Assembly (NCBI RefSeq): GCF_006345805.1
Contig: NC_042998.1
Span: 92,690,001 to 92,754,000 of the forward strand
Length of the DNA: 64,000 nt
Direction of reading: 5' to 3'
From: Octopus sinensis
Lineage: Eukaryota
Part shown: in pieces, positions 52,860-64,000 of the stretch
Numbering within the stretch: position 1 is the stretch's first letter
How the letters are laid out: each line of letters starts with the position of its first letter
Made by a program: the position numbers and the translations under genes
Notes under the pieces: generated by a model
What the model was told of the DNA's origin: nothing
What the model saw: only the letters and a program-made list of their open reading frames with translations
Database searches by the model: none

Positions 52860-53525
52860 TTATTTGTGTTTGGTCTGTAATAGATAAAGTGGGAAGACTA
52901 GGAATTTATGAGATTTGGCTGTTGTGCATGTGTCCAAATGTGCACTGAGTGGGATTTTTCTAGTCCAGGCATCTTGCATTTGTTGTTGATGAATTGTTAA
53001 TCTCATTTTTAAAGTGTTTGGTTTGATCATTGTGTTCTTTACTGCTTCCAATGCATTTGAAGGTATATATCAAATTTTTTAAAGAACAAGAAAAATGTTT
53101 TTTCACCATAAAAACTTATCCTGATTTAAATTTATATGATGTGTTGTCAATAAGATTGGTACAAGTTCCACAATTAGAGTGGCTACACTTTTGAATTGTT
53201 GGAATTGAGTATGAAGTTAGTAGTTTTGCACTGGTAAGCATTAGGGGGGGGGTAGGGGGGGATTTTTGTCATCTTTTAGATTCGATTATTTTGCATGACT
53301 CAAATGATTTTTTTCATTCTTAGAATGTTCTGATGGATAATGCTGAATGTTTCTGTTTTACTTGGGTTGTGAGTTGTAATAAAAGACAGAGTTTGGGGTG
53401 TATCTGAACCGCTTTTGGCCTTTTGCAATTCTTTAGTATCTATTGCTTTGGCACATTCCATTCCATTCTCTGTTAGTGTAGATGAGTCCTTTCTTTCAAG
53501 TAGTATCTGTCTTAATTCCGGAAGT
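52860..53525 (-). pseudogene. Decayed PLE 3' fragment related to the 2390-4333 element
   Basis: FITTHNP..FSIIHQN and RLTIHQQQM..IPLSAHLDTC..FLVFPLY parallel YISTYNP..FTIITQN and RCTLHRQQI..IPFSEHIEKC..FLIFPFY. Confidence 0.75.
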
Positions 53526-53983
53526 TGATGATTCTTTCTACTATAGGCACAAGGCTTGAAATTTTGAGGACGAGGGCTAGTCAATTACACTGACTCCAGT
53601 GCTCAAGTGGTACTTAGTTTATCAACCCTGAAAGGATGAATGGCAACGTCAACCTCAGCAGAATCTGAACTCAGAATATAAAACTAGAAGAAATGCTGCT
53701 AAGCATTTTGTCTGGTGTGCTAATGATTCTGCCAGCTCATCACCTTTATAATATTTAATATTACAACATTATCACAAATCACTTGACACCTAATTTTTGT
53801 AGTTCTCAAATGAAGCATTATTGTGCACTAATGCACAGTAATGATTATCAAGGGGCATGGTGGCTTTTTAAAAATAGAATTTAAGGCTTTAAAAAATGTA
53901 TATTAATATTTGGGTGTTGTGAAAAGTATGTTATTTATAATAGTTTTTTTTTTTTACACAGAAGCATGATTAATAAAACAGGT

Positions 53984-55812
53984 AGGGAAAAGTACTACTG
54001 ATGCTATATTCCTGGTAAGGCAGCTGCAGGAGAAATACCTAGCCAAAGATAAGCCCCTGTACCTGGCTTTTGTTGACATGGAGAAAGCCTTCGACAGGGT
54101 CCCCCGATCCCTTATCTGGTGGGCAATGAGGAAACTAGGGATAGATGAATGGTTAGTGAGAGCTGTGCGGGCCATGTACAGGGACGCCGCTAGTAGGGTG
54201 AGGGTTGGAAATGTGTACAGTGAAGAATTCCGGGTAGAGGTAGGAGTCCACCAAGGCTCAGTACTCAGCCCCCTCCTATTTATCATAGTCCTCCAGGCAA
54301 TAACGGAGGAATTCAAGACAGGATGCCCTTGGGAGCTCCTCTATGCTGATGACCTTGCTCTAATTGCTGAGTCGCTATCAGAACTGGAGGAGAAGTTTCA
54401 GGTGTGGAAACAAGGATTAGAATCGAAGGGCCTCAGAGTCAATCTAGCTAAAACCAAAGTCGTAATCAGTAGGAAGGTAGACAAATCACAAACACCTTCA
54501 GGTAGATGGCCCTGCTCGATCTGTAGAAAAGGTGTAGGTAGAAACTCTATAAGATGCACCAAGTGTAAGCTATGGACACATAAGAGATGCAGCAATGTCA
54601 AAGGAAGGCTAACTAGGAAGATGGTTTTTGTATGTGGCAGATGCTCAGGAACAATAAACACTGAAAATGCTCTGAGACCAACTTCCGTCACTTTCCAGGG
54701 AGAAAAACTAGAAATAGTTGATAGTTTCCGTTACCTAGGTGACCAAGTCAGCAGTGGGGGCGGGTGTGCTGAAAGTGTAACTGCTAGAGTAAGAATAGCT
54801 TGGGCAAAGTTCAGAGAGCTCTTACCTCTACTGGTGACAAAAGGCCTCTCGCACAGAGTGAAAGGCAGACTGTATGATGCGTGTGTACGAACAGCCATGC
54901 TACATGGCAGTGAAACATGGGCCGTGACTGCTGAGGATATGCGTAAGCTCGCTAGAAATGAAGCCAGTATGCTCCGATGGATGTGTAATGCCGGTACTCA
55001 CACTCGGCAGAGTGTAAGTACCTTGAGAGAAAAGCTGGACCTAAGAAGCATCAGTTGTGGTGTGCAAGAGAGACGTTTGCGCTGGTATGGTCATGTGGCG
55101 AGAATGGATGAAGATAGTTGTGTGAAAAAGTGCCACACCCTAGCGGTTGAGGGAACCTGTGGAAGAGGCAGACCCAGGAAAACCTGGGACGAGGTGGTGA
55201 AGCACGACCTTCGAACTTTAGGTCTCACTGAGGAAATGACTAGAGACCGAGACCTCTGGAAGTGTGCTGTGCGCAAGAAGACCCGGCAGGACAAGTGAGT
55301 CCATAACCCGTGGCCTTCTACATGGGATGGAGCCAGCCTACGTATGCATACCTTCCCTTCTTGGGACACAAAACTCTACTTGTGAAGACGTGATGAGGCA
55401 AGTGAGGATCAGAATCGAAATCGATCAATGGAAATCCATCAATGGAAATTGCAGATGTGTTACCAGTGCCGGTGGCATGTAAGAGAACTTTCCGTTTCGC
55501 GACCGTTGCCAGCACCGCCCCTTTCGTGTCTGTTGCCAGCCTCGCCTGGCCCTCGTGCCGGTGGCACATAAAAAGCACCATCCGTTCGTGGCCGTTTGCC
55601 AGCTCTGTCTGGCACCAGTGCGGGTGGCACGTAAAAAGCACCCACTACACTCACGGAGTGGTTGGCGTTAGGAAGGGCATCCAGCCGTAGAAACACTGCC
55701 AGATTTGACTGGGCCTGATGAAGCCTTCTGGCTTCACAGACCCCAGTAGAACCGTCCAACCCATGCTAGCATGGAAAACGGACGCTAAACGATGATGATG
55801 ATGATGATGATG
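53984..55812 (+). mobile_element. 5'-truncated RTE LINE, near-identical to 23242-25216
   Basis: ORF 54078-55298 differs from the first copy by one visible residue (E to K near the end); (GAT)n tail. Confidence 0.95.
54078..55298 (+). CDS. RTE reverse transcriptase, C-terminal part (truncated copy)
   Basis: KAFD, QGSVLSP, YADD, PHD-like Cys/His cluster, RLRWYGH. Confidence 0.8.
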   Translation: MEKAFDRVPRSLIWWAMRKLGIDEWLVRAVRAMYRDAASRVRVGNVYSEEFRVEVGVHQGSVLSPLLFIIVLQAITEEFKTGCPWELLYADDLALIAESLSELEEKFQVWKQGLESKGLRVNLAKTKVVISRKVDKSQTPSGRWPCSICRKGVGRNSIRCTKCKLWTHKRCSNVKGRLTRKMVFVCGRCSGTINTENALRPTSVTFQGEKLEIVDSFRYLGDQVSSGGGCAESVTARVRIAWAKFRELLPLLVTKGLSHRVKGRLYDACVRTAMLHGSETWAVTAEDMRKLARNEASMLRWMCNAGTHTRQSVSTLREKLDLRSISCGVQERRLRWYGHVARMDEDSCVKKCHTLAVEGTCGRGRPRKTWDEVVKHDLRTLGLTEEMTRDRDLWKCAVRKKTRQDK

Positions 55813-56973
55813 TAGATATTAGTTTTTCTCTATATTTTTTCTAATATTTCACTTTAAAACTTCATTTTTTAAACTTTCTATGTGAAGTAAACCAATAATT
55901 TTCTTATTATTTAATCTCCATCACACCAGAAAATAAAAAAAGATTCAGAATCACTGTCTTATCTTATATATCATAAAGCAATCAGTTAATTCTCAGTCAC
56001 TATGAAAAAATTCTTAAAACTTAAGCTCTTTAAATGTGTTTCTGAACTTGGCCATGATAAATAGGAATGTCTTTGTCAAGGTGACATTTCCTTAACACAC
56101 TGAATGGTTATAATATTTTAATGTACTCCTATACTAAATGGGTTATTTATTTGATATAAATAAAACTACAGAGATAGAGATCCTGAATTATAAAACTTAG
56201 TGTAATACTAACTAAAAATCCATTCACAACATGGAACCAAACCCAATCATTGTATTGTTAAGGAAGAATTTAATAGCCAACTGATTTGAGAATTAGGCCT
56301 TAGATTGTATATTCTCCTATAAAGGTCTTTTCAGAATCAGCTAAATTTGTAAAACTTCCAACATCAATAATTATATTGATAATAATATCATGGGCAAAAT
56401 GGATGTAAAGTACAAATAAAATAGCCATAATCGGATGAACTAAATGTGTTGTAAGTTCTGAAAGTATTTCACACAAGGAGCGTTTTATTACATTTGGTTC
56501 AGAAAATATATTTACTTTCTGGAAATATATAATTTACTATTGCAATTACATTGACTGGTTTTGCAGTGGACATAAATATTTAATTATTATAATGCAGATG
56601 GAACATAAGTTTCAGGTATGTCTTAGTCTAGATTCTGTTTCTAAGTGTAGCAATTTCACTCTACTTATATCACTCATCTCTTCAGGGAAAACATTAATGA
56701 CATAACTGCTGTGAAATGTGAAATTTGTCATATGTGCATGTCTGTAAAGTTTTAAATATAATATTAGCCATAGGCATATGTATATGTGGTAAGAGGAGAG
56801 GAAGAAGCATGTACTAACTTGATAGTCAAATAAGAATTGCTTACAGGAATGACAGCAGACTTGAATCATAGAATAAAATATTTGGAAATATTTTTTTCTA
56901 TGTAGTAATTTATTCAGCAAGTTGTTAGACATTTCAATGGATTCATATGAAGGAGTTTATTATAATTATTATT

Positions 56974-57237
56974 CAGTAGTCTTAGTTTTATCATATGCTT
57001 TCTCTGCACTGTCAAGTGCAGATTTGTGTGCCTTGGGTATGTGCTGTGGCTTGTTTTGATGTTGTTATTTTCACTGTATTAAAAGTGCTTTACATAGGAT
57101 GTGTGTGATGCCTAGTAGTGCTACTTTCTGTATGTTATTTATTCATAAGTCATGGTGTTTTGGTTATGTATGTCTGAATGTTTTTTTAATCATACCTAAT
57201 GCACCTGTTATTATAGGGATTGTTTCTGTATTTAGGC
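56974..57237 (-). mobile_element. R4/Dong-like LINE 3' fragment (old)
   Basis: IPIITGALGMIKK and NIQKVALLGITHILCKAL match the C-terminus of the R4 ORF at 58132-59004. Confidence 0.75.
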
Positions 57238-57547
57238 TATCATCATCATCATCATCATCATCATTGCTGTCATTGTTATTAACATTAGTGTTATTATTGA
57301 GGAAGTGAGCTGGTAGAGTTGTTATCCTGCCAGACAAAATGCTTAGCAACAATTTTTCTGGCTCTTTACACTCTGTGTTCAAATGCCAGTGGGGTAAAGT
57401 TTGTTTCTCATCCTTTTGGGATCGATAAAAAAAGCACTAGTTTATCTTTGGGGTTGATGTAATCAACTTGCCCCTTCCCTCCAAATTTTAGGCCCTGTGC
57501 CTACAGTAGAAAATATTATCATTATCATCATCATCATCATCATCATT

Positions 57548-57838
57548 GTCTTTGCACAGTTTTTAACACTGGAGATGTACTACAGTGTCAGCTGTTCACT
57601 ACCAGTGAACTAAAGTAACACCTCTTATTTTTTGAGCACCTTCCGGACTATTTGAGTGGTTCCAAGCAGTGCTGTTTTCTGCAAGTGCTCCACCCTTATT
57701 GCAGCCCCTATTTGCTCCACATATTTCTCGAGATTTTTACTCAGTTCCCAGGGCTCCGACAATTACTGGTACTACTGCTACCTTTTTCATTGACCACAAC
57801 TGCTTAACTTCCCAAGCTAACCTGTTATATCTCTCAAC
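57548..57838 (-). mobile_element. R4/Dong-like LINE 3' fragment (another subfamily)
   Basis: Minus-strand RYNRLAWEVKQLWSMKKVAVVPVIVGALG and LQKTALLGTTQIVRKVL. Confidence 0.8.
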
Positions 57839-57865
57839 TTTTTATTATTATTATCATTATTATTA

Positions 57866-57921
<56 letters not shown>

Positions 57922-57949
57922 GTTACTATTACTATTATTATTATTATTA

Positions 57950-60900
57950 CTTTTTTTTTTTCTTCTTTCAAATTTTCTTCCATTTCTTGCCGAGTGTCTT
58001 CCCGACTCCTAGGGCAAAGAAACTCATAGTGTATATTGGTAGGCCATTAAACCAAACTCAGTAGTTCGTTCATTTTTTTTTTTTTTTTTTTTTTTTAAAG
58101 TTAAATTAAAATACATGAGCAGCAACAGTTCTCACATCGACAATGCTCTTCTCAATACGTGTGATGTACCAGTTAAGACAATCTTTTGCACTTCTTGCAG
58201 GGATGGTAAGCCAGGGATCATTCTCATATAATTTTCGGTTCCCTTCTTGATCATTCCTAGTGCTCCTACAATCACTGGTATTGTAACCGCCTTGAGATGC
58301 CACATTTTCTCAATTTCAATGAGTAGGTCTTTATATTTTCTGAGCTTGTCAAACTCTTTCGCTGAGATATTATGATCACAGGGGATGCTCATGTCGATCA
58401 ATAAGCAAACTTTATTGTTTTGGTCTTTCACAACAATATCTGGTTTATTGGCCTTGATGGTTCGGTCTGTATGTACTGGAAAGTCCCACAGAATGGTTAC
58501 ATTTTCTCCTTCAGTTACAGCCTCAGGGTGGTGATTATACCACTTGTCGGCAGTTTTGATATTGTAATGCCGACTTATTAGCCAGTGGAGATATTGGCCA
58601 ACTCTGTCATGTCTTAATTTATACTCCACTGGTGCTAAGACTTTACATTCAGAGATTAGGTGGTCCACTGTTTCAATCATGTCGTTGCAGAATCGGCATT
58701 TTGGGTCTGCTCCATTTTTCATCACATTGGCCTGGTAGTTCCGGGTTAATAGGCTTTGGTCTTGAGCAGCCAGGATGAAACCTTCGCTCTCTGCTTTTAG
58801 CCCTGAGCTCCGCAGCCACTGATGGGTTTGCTTCTGGTCAACATCAGCTTGTTTGCTGCGGGTCACATATTTGCCGTGCAGAGGTTTCTCCTCCCACCTA
58901 TCAGCCAATTGCTCGTGCGCTTTTTTCATTGCCATCATTTTCACCTTCTTTGCAACAATAACTGCCGTACTTCCCTCGGGTTGTTCAGTTTGGGTATCCT
59001 GCACGAGATCAATAGCAAATTTTTTGCTTTCCTTGCTGATAGAATGAAGCTTCTTTCGTCTCGTGATTTTCCACGAGCTTTAGCATCCAGTCATTCGATA
59101 TTTCGAGATATTTGGCCAGTCCAATTGTGGTTGTTTTGTAAGCTAGTTCAAATTGGATCAGGCCTCGACCTCCTTGGGCTCTGGGAAGGTAAAGGCGATC
59201 TACGTCTGCCTTTGGGTGGTGCATCCTATTACAACTCAGTAGCTTGCGAATTTTTCTATCTATATTCTTTACTTCACTCATATTCCAGTTCAACACATTG
59301 TAGCTATAAGTAACAACTGGAACTGCTAAGGAATTTATAGCTAACACCTTGTTACGTGCATTTAGTTCAGATTTCAGGACTGCACGAACTCTCCTATAAC
59401 ATTCCTTCCTGATTTTCTCTTTCATGCTTGCATGCTGAATACCAGAGCCTTCATTTATCCCTAAATATTTGTATGTCTGTTCTTGCTCAAGCTCTCTTAT
59501 GACTGTGTCAACATCTAACACGACTGAATTTGTGGTCTTCACTTTCCCTTTCTGGAAAGTGGCCTTGGCACACTTCTCAAGTCCAAACTCCATCCCGATG
59601 TCATCGCTGAATGCTTTCACGGTGCGCAATAGGCCTTCAAGTTCATTATTGTCTTTACCATAAAGTTTTAAGTCATCCATATAAAATAGATGGCTTATTT
59701 TTTTATTGGCAATTTTATACCCATACCCTGTTCTGTTTAATTCACTTGTAAGGGGTATTAGGGCTATGCAGAATATTAAAGGTGAAAGTGAGTCACCTTG
59801 AAAAATTCCACAGTTGATGTTTATATTTTCTGAGGCAAGTACTCCATTAGAGTGGTATAATTGGAGATTCGTATTCCACAACGACATATTGTGCTTCAGG
59901 AAGTTTGAAATCACAGGGGAAATTTTAAAGATGTCCAGCGATCTCAAGATACATGGATGCGGTATACTGTCGAAGGCCTTTTTATAGTCAATCCATGCGG
60001 TGCTGAGATTTCTGCGCTTGTTGTGACAGTTCTCAAGGATCATACGATTGATTAGCAGTTGATCTTTGCATCCGTAAGAGCCTCGGCGGCACCCTTTTTG
60101 TTCAATGGGGAAAATATCGTTCTTCTCCATGAATGCATATGTTTTCTCCGCCAGGATAGATGTTAGGATTTTATACGTGGTGGAAAGACAGGTTATAGGC
60201 CGATAGTTTTTTGGAAGGTTGGTTTCGTTATTCTTTGGGAGTAGGTAAGTAATGCCACTTGCTAACCATTCAGGTGTTTTCTTTGGGTCTCTCAAAATTC
60301 CATTGAGCAGCTGAACTAGCTTACCGTGTGCGCACGGGAGCGATGCGAGCCAGAAATTCGGCACCCTATCTTTACCGGGGGATTTCCAATTATGGGCCTT
60401 CGTGAGTGCCTTTCTTAGGTCTGCTATTGTGATGTCTTCCCATGCTTGTTGTTGTAAATTTTGGTAGGATCCTTCAGTTTGTATAATCCAGTCTGCATTT
60501 ATGTTGTACGTCTTCTTGTCACTCCAAATCCTTTCCCAAAAGTTTTGAACTTCTTCCATGGGAGGGGGGTCTTTAACGGTTACTTTCTCCTTCCCTATTT
60601 CTCTGTAGAATTTTTTGGCATTGGATGCGAACAGCTTATTTTGCTTGTAAAACTTGTTTCTCTTCTCAAATCTTCGTATTCTTTGGGCTTTTGCTTGGAC
60701 TTTTTGTTTCAGCGTTTCTTTTATTGATATCAGTTCTTCTCTTGGTGAGGATCCAAATTTTCTCTTCATCTTTCTTCCTGTTCTGGATCTTACATCATTT
60801 CCACATATTAGTTCATTTAATATTGATATTTCCCCTCTCATAAATTCAATCTCTTTTTCAATTTTACTTCTCCAGGTTTGATTTCTTCCCAGGTTTTGTT

Positions 60901-61927
60901 TTCTTTGTTTTTTCGGGGGCATACAGCTGGTTTCAATTGCCCTAGCAGAAGCGTAAATAATTTCATTTAACTCAGTAAAATCAGGTTTTAATTCTCGTAT
61001 TATTTCATTTGTTACATAGTTGCCAATTTGTATTTGTTTTTTATTTTGGTTTGTATTTGAGAGTTTATGAAGCGGTTCTCTATCATTCATACTTGTATGT
61101 CTTACAACTTCAAGTGTATTCAGGATTTTCTGCCTCATTTCTGCCATAGACTCTCTGTGTTCTTCAGCAAATGCGAGATCTTCAGTTACTGTTGTTTTTT
61201 CGTTTTCCTGGCTATCTTTAACAGGTACAATAGAATTTCTTGTATCTTCAGGCCTTTGCGTACTTTGGTCAGATGGCAGTCTTTCAATTAAGCCTCGTGG
61301 CGGGCTATACTGTTCATCTGATTCTTCATTTCCTTTGTGTCTTATATTTATGTCATTTTCCGTTGCGTGCTGATCGCACTTATTTCACTGTCTGTGAGTC
61401 TGTTATTTCTAAAGATATCCCTCCTCACATTTGCTAATTTGTTCTCGTCCAAATAGGGCCTACTGTCTTGATTCCGTGTTCTCCATATACTGTAAGAGTT
61501 TGTGGTGTGTCTCTCTTGAGATGGCCTACCTAATGCGTAGTAATAAGCGTATATTACTTCTTTATACTCTTCTCGGGTCCATTTGTTCCGCTTACATTTT
61601 TCTTTCTGTGGTGGTTGTGGTGGTGAACTTGGAGGGCTCGAGTTGGGGGATTTCCCGTTCAAGTGACCATCCATGTCCGTATTCGGAGAAGAGTTTGTGC
61701 CAGTTGATGACTTTTCAATCCCAGGCTGGCTCTTCCCTGGGGGACGCGCTTCCAGATTAACCATAGGACAAGCGATTTGGTATACTGATTTAGTTTTCCT
61801 TTTAGTTTCCAAAAACATTTTGGTGCTACGATAATGTTATCATTTTTTAGCTTTGATTGGCTCGTGGGGAGACGGCCATCATTGCCGTTACAATTATAAT
61901 CGTACCATTATAGCAGCCGTAGTCGGC
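57950..61927 (-). mobile_element. R4/Dong-clade non-LTR retrotransposon, apparently full length, in (TAA)n
   Basis: Long coding region with RT and restriction-like endonuclease; TAA repeats at both ends; 3' UTR CCCTAGGAGTCGGGAAGACACTCGG. Confidence 0.9.
58132..61818 (-). pseudogene. R4/Dong ORF (RT + CCHC + RLE) with two frameshifts (~61370, ~59060)
   Basis: WKSPG.D, YRPITCL, EQKGC, WIDYKKAFDS, GIFQGDSLSP, YMDD, YKYLG, GGRGL; CRFC..ETVDHLISEC, RHD, KPDIV, IDMSIP; three ORFs join into one. Confidence 0.9.
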
Positions 61928-62990
61928 TTATTATTGTTATTATCTTCACCATTACCATCACTATCATCATCATCACCACCATTACCATCATCATCATCAT
62001 CATCACCATCACCATCACCACCATCATCATCAATGATATTGTTTTATGTGTAGTCACAGCAGTATCTTATTATTGTTATTTTTGTTTTTTTTTATCATTA
62101 TCACCATCACAGTAGTGTCTGTCTGTCTCGTTGGCTGGCTTGGTGGTTGGCTGGCTGACTGTCTTCAATGCCAGAGTTCTTGCCTGTCAAATAATACTTT
62201 CATATTTGGTTAACAATAGAGCCGAGGTGAGGTTTGTGTGTGTGTAGATAGATAGATAGAATATCAGCACTATTACTATCTTTTTTTTTTTTTTTTTTTT
62301 TGGGTGGGGTCAAAAAAAGTTCAGATGTTTACTACTATTAGCCTTAAGAAAAATTAAGGAAGGGGTGTCCTGTATTGTTTGTGAATAGAGAAGTTGTGTT
62401 CGACCAGAGAGAATCTTAGCATCATCATTTTTTTTCCATGTGCGTTTGTGTTATTGCAATAAAAAGTGTTTGTATATTTCGTGCAAGGTAATATTGTGGA
62501 GGTTGAAGTTGACCCCTCTAGAGATGTTTGTATGTCCAGTTAGAAGAACAGGGGTGTTTTTGCAATAAAAAGTATATGTTTACATTTATATTTGAATATT
62601 CTGGGAGGAAGCAAAGAAAAGTCAGATATTCATAGAAAGTTTTAGGGTTTTGCAAGTCTACAAAAAGAAAAAAAGAAAAGCGTGATGTTTTTAGAGAGAA
62701 GAAAAAAAAAGAAAGAAAGAAAAAAGGGTGCTTACAGAGGCAGTTGTGGGTATTAAAGTTTTTAAAGCCGATCGGATGTATGTTTGAAAGCTGTAGATAC
62801 GTAAATTTGTAAATTTCTTAACCCACTTTGAAGAGAATTTCAAATACTCACGAGGTATTGTAGATGTTCCAGTCTTTGAGAGTTATTTTTCCCCGTTGCT
62901 AAACTGGCCCATATTAGTGTTTCTATGGCTTTCGGCCACCGAACTGTCAGAGCAGTGAGGAACACGTCCAGCCGCTGTCAAGGCTGGTGC

Positions 62991-63033
<43 letters not shown>

Positions 63034-63046
63034 CATTATCACTATT

Positions 63047-63260
63047 AAGATGGTTAGCTTTGCAGAATCATTAGCATACCGGTCAAAGTGCTTAGCAGCA
63101 TTTCATCCATCCTTATGTTCTGAGTTCAAATTCTGCCACGGTCAACTTTGCCTTTCATCATTTTGGGATCGATAAAATAAGTACCACTTGAGTACTGAGG
63201 TTGATGTAATTGACATATCCCCTCCCTGAATTTGCTGGCCTTATGCCAAAATTTGAAATG
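63047..63260 (+). mobile_element. SINE family B
   Basis: GCAGAATCATTAGC..TTCTGAGTTCAAATTCTGCC..GCCTTTCATC..GATAAAATAAGTACC; preceded by (TTA)n. Confidence 0.75.
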
Positions 63261-64000
63261 ATTATTATCATTATTGTTATTGAATGAGAGAGTAGTGCAT
63301 GCCATCAAAATGAAACTAGGGTAAAATATATGAAATTCAGTATACCCATCATGACTATCCATCTAATAAGGGTACATCAGGCATATGCATCACAACTATA
63401 TGTGTGCAACATAGTGATCTCATATCAAGATAAACAATGCATGACCTTGCAGGTGGAGCCCAGTTAGAATTTTCTTCAAGTTGAGTAGCCCATCCTGCTC
63501 AAATGGTCCTTGAATAAGGGTTGTTTAAGGATGATGAACAAAATACCCATGTTTCCAAAAGAGAATTATCCAAGCCCCAAAGAATTCCTCTCAACACATG
63601 GCTATGATGCTCCCCCATTGCTTCTGCTCCTGATCAGAGATGCACATATCATCAGCTACTAAAGGACATGCTCAACTGACAAGCAAATCTGTAGTATTGA
63701 GCAGAATATTTGATGTAGCCCATATTTTATACTAAGACAAAACAATGTGCATGATAGCACTTCCAATAAGTTAAGATCAATAGCCATGAGAACCACTGCC
63801 TGTTACTGCATCAGGGTATTTATCATCATCATCATCATTATTGTTATTATTATTAATAATATCATTTTGATGATATTTAAGGATTGATGTTACTCCTCCA
63901 GAAAGTAAAGAAACAATAATGATTATTTTGAACTTGTGGAAGACACACGAAGTGTTAAAATATTGTTTATTTGATAACAGCCGCACTCTTCTTATTGTTA

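Noticed and set aside
61820-61930. HDV-like ribozyme at the 5' end of the R4/Dong element
   Set aside because: A TCCCCAC loop-like motif exists on the minus strand, but I could not form P1, P1.1 and P2 consistently.

Overview
AT-rich, microsatellite-dense animal DNA made almost entirely of retroelements; the SINE and RTE families look cephalopod (Octopus-like), which is my inference. I could not support any host protein-coding gene. Near-intact autonomous elements: a 5'-truncated Penelope-like element (PLE; RT + GIY-YIG, 2390-4680), an RTE LINE (21497-25216) with a near-identical truncated twin (53984-55812), and an almost full-length R4/Dong LINE (57950-61927, minus). There are also decayed PLEs, RTE, CR1, mariner/Tc1 and piggyBac-type remnants and many tRNA-derived SINEs. 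The main hidden signal is a dense set of hammerhead-ribozyme (HHR) motifs in several unrelated non-coding families with Penelope-style inverted or tandem architecture. These include (i) a tRNA-headed, HHR-bearing SINE-like element with a 12-bp TSD and a Penelope-type inverted tail, a candidate PLE-mobilised SINE, and (ii) a candidate non-circularly permuted hammerhead at 2043-2116. All RNA structures were folded by eye and are untested.
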